DNA from: Elusimicrobia bacterium RIFCSPLOWO2_01_FULL_64_13
GTDB lineage: Bacteria > Elusimicrobiota > Elusimicrobia > 2-02-FULL-39-32
NCBI GenBank assembly: GCA_001800095.1
Contig: MGUT01000037.1
Coordinates: 1,019 to 28,608 of the forward strand
Direction: 5' to 3'
Length of the DNA: 27,590 bases
Shown: positions 7,385 to 15,531 of the stretch, one piece after another
How the letters are laid out: each line of letters starts with the position of its first letter
How positions within the stretch are numbered: the stretch's first letter is position 1
Position numbers and translations under genes: made by a program
The notes under the pieces: generated by a model
Databases searched by the model: none
Seen by the model: only the letters and a program-made list of their open reading frames with translations
What the model was told of the DNA's origin: nothing

Positions 7385-9003
7385 GCCCCGGGCGGCTGGA
7401 AGAGCCTGACTTTGCCGTGTTCGCGGAAAAATTGGTCGATCTCATCGTATTCCATTTCCTCCTTCTTAAGGAGGACCCGCGCGAATTCCTCAAGGAGGGG
7501 CCATTCCTTTTTAAGGGTCCCCTCGACGTCCGTCATGCAGGTCCGGAGGAGCTCCTGGGTCTGCCGGTTCAGGGAGGCCTTGATGTCCTCGGAAAGCTCA
7601 TTGTCGGGGATGGCCGAAAAATCCCCGATGTGGCCGTCGGTCCCCATGCCCAGCCGCCAGACCATCTCGTGCGCCATCTGGGTCGCTTTCTGGAAATCCG
7701 AAGCCACGCCGCTGGTGGTGACGCCGTACTTCATCTTCTCGGAAACGTAGCCGGCGAGGGCCACCTTGATGTCAGCCAGTATCTTTTCCCGGTCGATGGT
7801 GTGGTACTCCTCCCGGGGCTGGTGGTGGACCATGCCGAGCGCTCCCCCCCGCGATATGATGGAGGCCTTGAAGACGTCGTCGGTGGGATGGAGGAAATAG
7901 AGGATGATGAGGTGCCCGGACTCGTGATAGGCGATGAGCTCCTTCTCCCTGTCGGACATGGACAGGCGGTGGGCGATGCCCAGGTCGATGCGGTCCATGG
8001 CCTGGGAGATGTGGTCGAACCCGACCTGTTCCGTCTCATTCCGCGCGGCGATGAGGGCGGCCTCCTTGACGATATTTTCGATGTCGGCGGGCGTTTTCAT
8101 CACCGCCTTGCGCGCGAGGCGGCCCACGTCGATGGAGGGATCGACCTTGACCTTGGAGAGGTAGTAATGGAAGAGGGCCTCCCGTTCCTTCAGGTTCGGG
8201 CGGCCGATGTAGATCTTGCGGTCGAACCGGCCGGGCCGCAGGAGGGCCTTGTCCAGGACGTTCTCATCGGCGTTCGTGGCTCCGATGACCACCACGTTCT
8301 CGGGCCGGTCGCCCAGGCCGTCCATCTCCACGAGGAGCTGGTTCTGGGTGCTGTTGGTCTCCTCGCCGCCGCCCATGAAAGAGAAGGTGCGCCCGCGGCC
8401 CACCACGTCCAGCTCGTCGATGAAGATGATGCAGGCGCCGTTGGCGTAGGCCTCCTGCCGGGCCTTCTGGAAAAGCTTGCGCACCCTGGAAGCGCCCACG
8501 CCCACGAATATCTCCACGAATTCGCTGCCCGCCATGGAGAGGAAGGGGATGCCGGACTCGCAGGCGATGGCCTTGGCCAGCAGGGTCTTCCCGCAGCCGG
8601 GCGGCCCGACCATGAGCACGCCCTTGATGACCTTCCCCCCGATGCGCTTGAGGCGGGCGCGGTCCCGCAGGAGCTGGACCACCTCCCAGGCCTCCTTTTT
8701 CGCGTCCTCCAGGCCCACCACGTCGCGGAATCGGACGTTCACGTCCTGGGCCTTGATGCGGCCCTTCTTCATGGAGGCGAACCCGCCGCGGAATACCGTC
8801 ATGTAGAAATAGACGAAGATGAGCGCGCTCAAGGCCGTGAGGAATATCTGGAGCGGGATCTGGGCGAGGGTGATGTTCCTGTAGAAGGATTCAAGCGAGG
8901 CCAGCCCGATGACCATCAGGATCAGCACGAGGATGGTCGTGACCGTGATCAGAATGGCGGCCTTGTTGACCATCCAGAATATCTTTATCTTCCTTAGGAA
9001 CAT
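7381..9003 (-). CDS. ftsH: FtsH-family ATP-dependent zinc metalloprotease, short form lacking the periplasmic domain
   Basis: Two N-terminal TM helices; Walker A GPPGCGKT; pore loop FVG; Walker B IIFIDE; SRH ATN...LLRPGRFDR; HESGH zinc motif; third ligand in SDFQKAT. Confidence 0.9.
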   Translation of the reverse strand: MFLRKIKIFWMVNKAAILITVTTILVLILMVIGLASLESFYRNITLAQIPLQIFLTALSALIFVYFYMTVFRGGFASMKKGRIKAQDVNVRFRDVVGLEDAKKEAWEVVQLLRDRARLKRIGGKVIKGVLMVGPPGCGKTLLAKAIACESGIPFLSMAGSEFVEIFVGVGASRVRKLFQKARQEAYANGACIIFIDELDVVGRGRTFSFMGGGEETNSTQNQLLVEMDGLGDRPENVVVIGATNADENVLDKALLRPGRFDRKIYIGRPNLKEREALFHYYLSKVKVDPSIDVGRLARKAVMKTPADIENIVKEAALIAARNETEQVGFDHISQAMDRIDLGIAHRLSMSDREKELIAYHESGHLIILYFLHPTDDVFKASIISRGGALGMVHHQPREEYHTIDREKILADIKVALAGYVSEKMKYGVTTSGVASDFQKATQMAHEMVWRLGMGTDGHIGDFSAIPDNELSEDIKASLNRQTQELLRTCMTDVEGTLKKEWPLLEEFARVLLKKEEMEYDEIDQFFREHGKVRLFQPPGA

Positions 9004-9071
9004 GGGATCCTTAAAATGAAAGCGGACGCCTTGATTTTTTGGATGTTTCCGACAGGGTCATGCTGCGAGAT

Positions 9072-9100
9072 TTGAATTGGCATTCCATCTATTCTATAGT
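9072..9100 (+). promoter_or_regulatory. Putative sigma70 promoter
   Basis: TTGAAT-N17-TATAGT, 18 nt before the ATG at 9119. Confidence 0.55.
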
Positions 9101-9118
9101 TAGTATAACGGTCAAAAC

Positions 9119-10342
9119 ATGAAAAGTCAATCCTCCAGCGAACCCCCGGCCGAGGGACAGGGGTCCCCCAAGCCCAGGAGCAAGGTCCTCATCGTTGACG
9201 ACGAGGTCAACCTGGGAGGCATGCTCGAGGACATCCTGGGCGAATACGATTTCGAGACGGCCTTCGCGCCGGACGGCGGCCGGGCCGTGGAGCTCATGAA
9301 GTCCTTCAAACCCACCGTGGCGCTCGTGGATTTCAAGCTGGGCAGCGTCACCGGGCTGGAGCTGGCCGACACGTTCCGCTCCATCGATCCCGACCTGCCC
9401 GTGATCCTCATGACGGCCTACGCGTCGCTCGACCTGGCCGTCAAGGCCATCCAGAACGACATCTATGACTTCATCGCCAAGCCCATCGACCGCAGCCACC
9501 TCCTGCGCAGCATCGCCAAGGCGGTGGAGAAGAGGTCCCTGACCGAGGAGAACAAACGCCTGATCAGCTTCCTTAAAGAAAGCAACGATTCCCTGGATCG
9601 GCTGAACCGGATGAAATCCAAATTCCTGTCCATCGTCACCCACGACCTGCGCACCCCCCTCACCAGCATCCGCGGCTACAGCGAGATGCTCAAGCTTTCC
9701 CAGGACATTTCCAAGGCGGACAGGGAGAAATGCCACGGCGCCATCGACCGGTCCGTGGACCGCATGAACGGCCTGATCGCCAACCTGCTGGACATGGTCA
9801 GCATCGAGGCCGGGAAGCTCCGCGTGGAGATGGCCCCGCTCGACTATCGCGCTCTCTGCGAGGAGATCCGCGAGACCTTCGCACCCGTCGCGGCCCAGAA
9901 CAAGGTCAAGCTCGAATGGACCGTGCCCCAGGGTCCCATCCCGGTGATGGGCGACTCCAGCCGCCTGGCGCAGGTCCTCACGAATTTCATCACGAACGCC
10001 TTCAAGCACACTCCCGAAGGCGGCCGGATCGGCGTGACGGTCAAGGACCGGGTGTTCCTTAAGGACAAGTCCGACCCCGGCGGTCCGGGATCCATCCGCG
10101 CGGTCCTGACCGAGGTCGCGGACAGCGGGGAAGGCATTTCGGCGGAGCACCTTCCCCGGCTCTTCGAGCAGTTCTTCCAGGTGGAGACCTCCCCCACGCG
10201 GCGCCAGGGCCTGGGTCTCGGGCTGACCATCACGAAGGAGATCATCGTCGCCCACCAGGGCGAGATCGGCGTCCACAGCGAAGGACCGGGCCGCGGCAGC
10301 ACGTTCTGGTTCTCCGTCCCCCTCCTCCCCGAAGGCGAATAG
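9119..10342 (+). CDS. Hybrid REC-HisKA-HATPase histidine kinase with no sensor or TM domain
   Basis: VLIVDDE, LVDFKL and FIAKP in REC; H-box THDLRTPLT; N-box QVLTNFITNAFK; DSGEGI; GLGLGL. Confidence 0.9.
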   Translation: MKSQSSSEPPAEGQGSPKPRSKVLIVDDEVNLGGMLEDILGEYDFETAFAPDGGRAVELMKSFKPTVALVDFKLGSVTGLELADTFRSIDPDLPVILMTAYASLDLAVKAIQNDIYDFIAKPIDRSHLLRSIAKAVEKRSLTEENKRLISFLKESNDSLDRLNRMKSKFLSIVTHDLRTPLTSIRGYSEMLKLSQDISKADREKCHGAIDRSVDRMNGLIANLLDMVSIEAGKLRVEMAPLDYRALCEEIRETFAPVAAQNKVKLEWTVPQGPIPVMGDSSRLAQVLTNFITNAFKHTPEGGRIGVTVKDRVFLKDKSDPGGPGSIRAVLTEVADSGEGISAEHLPRLFEQFFQVETSPTRRQGLGLGLTITKEIIVAHQGEIGVHSEGPGRGSTFWFSVPLLPEGE

Positions 10343-10352
10343 CCCTCGAACG

Positions 10353-11312
10353 ATGTCCTGCAGGATCTGCGGCAACGACGACGGGAACAGGACCCACTCG
10401 GCCCGGGAGATGATGTTCGGCACCCGGGAGGAGTTCAACTACGTCGAGTGCGGCGGGTGCGGCTGCGTCCAGATCGAGCCCATCCCGGGAGACCTCTCCA
10501 GGCATTATCCCGAGGGATATTATTCCCTGCGGAATTTTCCCGGCCTATGGGAGAACCGGGTCCGCTCTCTCGCCAGGCGCCTGCGGGCGGACTATTGCCT
10601 GACAGGCAGGGGTTGGCTCGGGCGTTTCCTGGCCCTGAAGCTCGGCGTGCCGGATTATTACGCCTGGCTGCGCCGGTCCGGAGTGGGCTTCGATTCCAGG
10701 ATACTGGACGCCGGCTGCGGCACGGGCCGCCTGCTCGAGGTCCTGCGCCGGGAGGGTTTTTCCGACCTGACGGGGGCGGACCCGTTCATCGAAAAGGACC
10801 TCCTCTACGCGAGCGGGGTCAAGGTCCTGAAATCCGACATGTCGCGGCTGGAGGGCGGATTTGATTTCATCATGATGAACCACGCTTTCGAGCACATGCC
10901 GGACCCCGCCGCCACTCTCGGACAGGTCCGGCGGCTGCTCCGTCCGGGCCGGGCCGCCATGATCCGGATACCGGTGGCTTCTTCCCACGCCTGGCGGAAA
11001 TACGGCGTGAACTGGGTCCAGCTGGACCCTCCCAGGCACCTCTACCTCCACACCGTCGAAAGCATGGAACGGCTCGCCCGGGATTCCGGCCTGGTCCTGG
11101 AGGACGTCGTCCATGATTCGGATGATTTTCAGTTCTGGGGCAGCGAGCAGTATGTCCGGGGCATCCCCTTGACGGACCAAAGGTCGCTGTTCGTGGATCC
11201 CGGCAGCGATCTCTTCTCCAAGGAAGACAGGGGCCGCTTCCTCCGGGAAGCGGAAGAGCTGAACCGCCGGAAGGAAGGAGACCAGGCCGCTTTCTGGCTC
11301 CGCAAGGCGTGA
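10353..11312 (+). CDS. Class I SAM-dependent methyltransferase with an N-terminal Zn ribbon
   Basis: CRIC...ECGGC; motif I ILDAGCGTG; MNHAFEH; PPRHL. This type is often found in surface-glycan loci. Confidence 0.85.
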   Translation: MSCRICGNDDGNRTHSAREMMFGTREEFNYVECGGCGCVQIEPIPGDLSRHYPEGYYSLRNFPGLWENRVRSLARRLRADYCLTGRGWLGRFLALKLGVPDYYAWLRRSGVGFDSRILDAGCGTGRLLEVLRREGFSDLTGADPFIEKDLLYASGVKVLKSDMSRLEGGFDFIMMNHAFEHMPDPAATLGQVRRLLRPGRAAMIRIPVASSHAWRKYGVNWVQLDPPRHLYLHTVESMERLARDSGLVLEDVVHDSDDFQFWGSEQYVRGIPLTDQRSLFVDPGSDLFSKEDRGRFLREAEELNRRKEGDQAAFWLRKA

Positions 11313-12619
11313 CCATGAGGCGCCTTGCCCGGTCCCTGCCGGACGCGGATTCCGCGGGCCGCTGGCTTTTTCTTTTCGGCGTATTCCTGCTCGTGTCGGG
11401 TGATTTCCCCCGCTTTCCGTTCGGCGTAGCGGAGAGGAAGCTCGTTCTGCTCGTCTTCTCATGGCCCAAACTCTACATGGTCTGCGTTTGCTCGGCCCTC
11501 CTGCTCCGGTTGATGACCCGCGGCGCCGATCTCTCCCGGCTCACTCTCGCCAGGCCTCTCTACGTTCCATTCGGGATCGTCGCCGCGGCGTTCCTCTTGT
11601 CCGCCTTGTTTTCCGATCGAAGGGTCCTGGCCCTGGCGGGATTCCTGTATTTCGCGGAGATCCTTTTCTTTATATTCGCGTTCTCCGTCTTCCTTGACGA
11701 CGACGGGATGCCGCGGAGATGCGTCCGGGCGGTGATCGCCGCCGTGTTCTTCTTGGCCGCGCGGGTCATGGCCTGGCGGTGGGGCGAGGGCCTGGACGTG
11801 GGCGCCTACCACGTGATGAACAATTCCTGGGTCGGCAAGCTCCAGATCTCCTGGGCGCTCAATCTCTTCGCCCCGATCGTTTTCACGGCGTCCCTCGGGT
11901 CCGGGGACCGGCCATGGCGCTGGGGAGCGGGTCTGGCCTGGGCGGCGGCGGCCGGGGCGGTCTTCATACTGTTCTCCAGGGCCGGGATAACCGCATTCGC
12001 CGCCGGGACGGCCGCGATTTTGATATTCCGCGCCAGGGACTGGAGGCGGTGGGTCTGGCCGGCGGCTTTGTCCGTCATCCTGGTCCTGGGGGTCGCGGCG
12101 AAGAGCCGGTTCATGACCGGGTACGTGGCGCGGACGACGGGCCGCTTTTACGAGGACTTGGGATTCATCCGCCGGGTCAGCATCTGGAAGGAGACTCTGG
12201 GCATGATCCGGGACCGGCCTATTTTCGGCATAGGCCTGGGGACGTATGACGACCTGGCCTACACGCGTTACCGCACGGTCAACGACGAGGCGTCCGGCCG
12301 CAGATATTTCCGCGGCGGCTGGAGCGCCCACAACCTGCTCCTCCACGTCTTGAGCGAGACGGGGTTCGTGGGTCTGGCGGCCTGCGTCTATCTTTGGTTC
12401 CGCGTCGCGCGGCTTCTTCTGGCGGGAGGTCCCGGCGGAGCGCCTCCTGAAGGCCGGCAATGGAGCCGGGCGGCCCTGGCGGGCCTGGCGGCGTTCTTCA
12501 TGCTTTCTCTGACGGAAAACCCCATGGCCGCGCGGGTCCACGAAAGCTTGAGGATGAACCTGGCCCTGTGGCTGATGGTGCTGGTGTGTCTAGCTATGCG
12601 GAAGGAAGAAGATGTCTAG
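11309..12619 (+). CDS. O-antigen ligase (Wzy_C/WaaL-like) family membrane protein
   Basis: Many TM segments; FSRAG; RVSIWKETLGMIRDRPIFGIGLGTY; AHNLLLHVLSETGFVG. GTGA overlap with the methyltransferase. Confidence 0.82.
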   Translation: MTMRRLARSLPDADSAGRWLFLFGVFLLVSGDFPRFPFGVAERKLVLLVFSWPKLYMVCVCSALLLRLMTRGADLSRLTLARPLYVPFGIVAAAFLLSALFSDRRVLALAGFLYFAEILFFIFAFSVFLDDDGMPRRCVRAVIAAVFFLAARVMAWRWGEGLDVGAYHVMNNSWVGKLQISWALNLFAPIVFTASLGSGDRPWRWGAGLAWAAAAGAVFILFSRAGITAFAAGTAAILIFRARDWRRWVWPAALSVILVLGVAAKSRFMTGYVARTTGRFYEDLGFIRRVSIWKETLGMIRDRPIFGIGLGTYDDLAYTRYRTVNDEASGRRYFRGGWSAHNLLLHVLSETGFVGLAACVYLWFRVARLLLAGGPGGAPPEGRQWSRAALAGLAAFFMLSLTENPMAARVHESLRMNLALWLMVLVCLAMRKEEDV

Positions 12620-12630
12620 AATGAATGATA

Positions 12631-12669
12631 TTTACATTTTTGTTACAAAAAGTTTAAGAAATGTTTAAC
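12631..12669. promoter_or_regulatory. Direct-repeat array C (four units, 11-bp period), putative OmpR-family operator
   Basis: TTTACA-ttttt-GTTACA-aaaag-TTTAAG-aaatg-TTTAAC. The reverse complement, extended 1 nt to 12630, matches array B at 28 of 40 nt. Ends 28 bp before the cyclase ATG. Confidence 0.6.
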
Positions 12670-12697
12670 CTGGTCGTGTTATGTAAGGAACGACGGA

Positions 12698-14824
12698 ATG
12701 TTGACAATAAATCTATTTTCCCTCCTGCCTTTTATGTCCGCCCTGATTATATTGGGGTTGGGGATCTATGTCCTTACGATAAACCACAGGTCCCCTATCC
12801 ACAAGTCCCTGACAGTTTTCTGCCTTAACCTTTCGTTCTGGCTTCTTTCCTTCACCATCATGTACAACGCCCCAGATGCGGCCGTGGCGTACCGATGGGC
12901 TCGCGTCGGTTTTTCGGCGGTCGCATTCATTCCTTTCGCTGGTTTCCTTTTCATCCTCAAGCTGCTCAAGAAGAGAGATAAAAACTGGATCCTTTTATCT
13001 ACCTGCATCGCTTCGGCCGCATTCGCCGCTTTCGGACAAACTGACCTACTCTACAGTCACGTCAGGAGGTTTTTCTGGGGATACTACCCGATGGCTGGCG
13101 TCCTCTATCCGTTATTCATCATATACTGCAGCTGTATATGGGTTTACGGATTAGTTCTTCTGTATAAACACATGACGCAACTCAAGATGAACAGGGATTT
13201 TCTTCTTTATAATCAGACCAAGTATATTTTCTTCGCGTTTTGCGGAGGCGCCGTGGGCGCCGTAGACGCTGTCGCAAAATCCGGCTTGCCCATGTACCCT
13301 TTTTCGTATATTTGCGCCCTGTATTGGGCGATTATTGCAAGCGTTTCCATCACGCGATTAAGAATCCTGACGGATTTCTCATTTCTATCACGAAGGATTT
13401 TGATTGTCTCGGTGGCGCTCGCCACGATTGCGATTTTGGCGGGGGGCGCATATACTCTGTCCATCCATACTCCGTTGGGTTCGCTCTTAAGCAATGAATG
13501 GGGTTTAACCATCTTTTCAGTCGCCGGAGGGTTATGTATCCCGCCGATTTTCAGAACCGTCAAGGAGCGGCTTGACGAAAAATTCTTCCAAGAGTACCAC
13601 GAAAGAAAGGAAAAATTAATTAGTATCGAGCAGGAGATCCTCTCCTCTCGCAACCTTGACGAGTTTAATCGTGTGGTTTTGGAGAGCCTATTTAGCGCAT
13701 TCAATATCACCCATGGCGCTGTTTTTATCTGGGATGAAAAAGAAAAAGTCTACATGATGACTGCCGCGTCAGGATGGTCGAGCGACCGTCGAATGCAACA
13801 CTTAATGCGACTATCCGATAAACATCCTATCCCCGCATCACTTTCTCAATTGAATCTGATCGATTTTAACGACATCAGACGGGACGTACAGAGCATATCA
13901 GGGTCATACCGTGATCTGATATTGTCCATGTTGGAACTTGATGCGGCTCTGTGCATGCCCATCAGAAACGGCCGCCTTTTGGGTTTTCTCGTCCTTGGAA
14001 ACAAGGAGTCTGGCATCCCTTATGCCTCGGAGGATTATCGAACGCTCCATACATTGACGCGGCATATCGTGCGAGTCCTCGAGAGTCTTGATCTCCTCGC
14101 CGTTTGGCAAAACAAGGTGGCCGAAGGGAATCTGCTGAACCGACAGCTCCAAAAATACCTTAGCCCAACTGTTGCCGATGAGATCCTTCGGCGTGTCAAT
14201 CATGCGCAAACCTGGAAGGGCGACCGCCGTCATGTAAGCATTCTCATCACGGACATCCGCGGATTTTCATCGATATCCGTCAATAACGACCCCGAGGATG
14301 TGGTTCAGTGGCTGAACGAATATCTCACCGAGATGGTAGAGATCGCGATCTCTAACGGCGGTACGGTTGATAAGTTCATGGGCGACGGCATTTTGGTGGT
14401 TTTCGGTGCACCGGTGCCGTTGGAGAATCATGAGTACAATGCCTCTAAGTGCGCCTTGGAGATGATGGAAGCAGTGAGAAAATCCAACAAGAGGAGACTG
14501 GACAGAGGATTGGTGCCTTTGGAGATAGGAATCGCTCTAACGGCAGGGGACGTCATTTCCGGCAACATCGGATCGGACAAACGCATGGAATACACCGTCA
14601 TCGGGGACCCGGTCAACCTTGCCGCCAGGTTGCAGTCCTTGGCCGCTTCAAACCAAATTTTAACGACTCGAAGAGTAGCTGATAAAGTTGCGGACAAAAT
14701 CAACCTGAACAAAATCTCTCCTGTGACTATCAGGGGTAAAATGGAAAAAGTTGAATTGTATGAAATAACGGGGTTTAAAGGTCTAAATGCAGTTACGGAA
14801 GTGAGAGCCGCCGGGATCACCTAA
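12698..14824 (+). CDS. Membrane-bound class III adenylate cyclase (7TM-type sensor, GAF, cyclase)
   Basis: N-terminal multi-TM region resembling HisKA_7TM; GAF-like LCMPIRNGRLLGFLVLG; catalytic motifs TDIRGF, DKFMGDG, EYTVIGDPVNLAARLQ. The K and T specificity residues indicate ATP. AAGGA Shine-Dalgarno 8 nt upstream. Confidence 0.9.
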   Translation: MLTINLFSLLPFMSALIILGLGIYVLTINHRSPIHKSLTVFCLNLSFWLLSFTIMYNAPDAAVAYRWARVGFSAVAFIPFAGFLFILKLLKKRDKNWILLSTCIASAAFAAFGQTDLLYSHVRRFFWGYYPMAGVLYPLFIIYCSCIWVYGLVLLYKHMTQLKMNRDFLLYNQTKYIFFAFCGGAVGAVDAVAKSGLPMYPFSYICALYWAIIASVSITRLRILTDFSFLSRRILIVSVALATIAILAGGAYTLSIHTPLGSLLSNEWGLTIFSVAGGLCIPPIFRTVKERLDEKFFQEYHERKEKLISIEQEILSSRNLDEFNRVVLESLFSAFNITHGAVFIWDEKEKVYMMTAASGWSSDRRMQHLMRLSDKHPIPASLSQLNLIDFNDIRRDVQSISGSYRDLILSMLELDAALCMPIRNGRLLGFLVLGNKESGIPYASEDYRTLHTLTRHIVRVLESLDLLAVWQNKVAEGNLLNRQLQKYLSPTVADEILRRVNHAQTWKGDRRHVSILITDIRGFSSISVNNDPEDVVQWLNEYLTEMVEIAISNGGTVDKFMGDGILVVFGAPVPLENHEYNASKCALEMMEAVRKSNKRRLDRGLVPLEIGIALTAGDVISGNIGSDKRMEYTVIGDPVNLAARLQSLAASNQILTTRRVADKVADKINLNKISPVTIRGKMEKVELYEITGFKGLNAVTEVRAAGIT

Positions 14825-14921
14825 GAGCAACGCTACTGGAGACGGACGAATTTCCGGAATCAATCGAAGAGCATCGGACTACTTGGCGATCGAGTCATTG
14901 TGGGAAGCGGAGGCCTGCCCT

Positions 14922-15293
14922 TTACTCCTGGCCGAAGGTCTTGCGGACCTCCCGTATGAAATGTTTGGTGTCCAGGGGCTTCTTGAAGACCCCCTGGGCC
15001 TGCTTGAGCTTCTCCGCAACCTCCTTGTTGGAGGCGATGACCGATATGATGAAGATGGGGATGTGGGCGGTGTCGGGGTCGTTCTTGAGGAGCTGGAGCA
15101 CTTCGAGACCGTCGGGGGAAGGCATCATGATGTCGAGCGTGATCAGGTCGGGCCGCCATTCCTTGGCCGTGGAGAGCACGTGTGTCCCGCTGGTCAGGAC
15201 CTTGGAGTCATAACCCAGCATCTGGATCATGTCGGTGATGAAGTTCGCGATGGACAGCTCGTCCTCGACCACCAGTATCTTTTTCATCGTCAT
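14922..15293 (-). CDS. Single-domain response regulator (CheY-like)
   Basis: KKILVVEDE, TLDIMMP, FKKP. Start moved to 15293 (or 15287) because a promoter lies inside the longer ORF-track extension. Confidence 0.85.
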   Translation of the reverse strand: MTMKKILVVEDELSIANFITDMIQMLGYDSKVLTSGTHVLSTAKEWRPDLITLDIMMPSPDGLEVLQLLKNDPDTAHIPIFIISVIASNKEVAEKLKQAQGVFKKPLDTKHFIREVRKTFGQE

Positions 15294-15321
15294 GGGCCGG
15301 CCATGCGCCGGAGCCCACGCC

Positions 15322-15350
15322 ATTTTATTATATTGAGGCCATAGAGTCAA
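15322..15350 (-). promoter_or_regulatory. Putative sigma70 promoter
   Basis: Minus strand TTGACT-N17-TAAAAT; the same hexamers as the lexA promoter. Confidence 0.6.
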
Positions 15351-15484
15351 TTTCACTCTTTTTAAAATATCGGATACGGTCTTGCCAAGCATTTTTAGCG
15401 GTTTTCGCATTTTATTTTCAAGGCGCAATAAATCCCGGATGGGCAGAGGATCCGGGAGCTTTGCTTTCATGATACAGGGGAAGA

Positions 15485-15524
15485 CTTAAATAAATCTTCA
15501 ACTTTTTGTAAATATTTTGTAACA
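15485..15524. promoter_or_regulatory. Direct-repeat array B (four units, 11-bp period), putative OmpR-family operator
   Basis: CTTAAA-taaat-CTTCAA-ctttt-TGTAAA-tattt-TGTAAC, ending 8 bp before the ATG of the OmpR-family gene. Confidence 0.62.
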
Positions 15525-15531
15525 TGTTGCC

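Noticed and set aside
5214-12690. Shared 10-mer ATGTAAGGAA at 5214-5223 and 12681-12690
   Set aside because: A single half-site with no 11-bp partner at 5214; the second copy includes the SD; likely chance.
12620-14830. The low-GC cyclase tract as a mobile element
   Set aside because: No transposase, integrase, terminal repeats or target duplication seen; kept only as a composition anomaly.
15294-15470. 59-aa N-terminal extension of the CheY-like ORF
   Set aside because: AT-rich and contains a TTGACT-N17-TAAAAT promoter; the REC domain starts at 15293/15287.
4466-15524. The 11-bp arrays as CRISPR repeats or iterons
   Set aside because: Units are 6 bp with 5-bp spacers, there are no cas or rep genes, and the positions are promoter-proximal.
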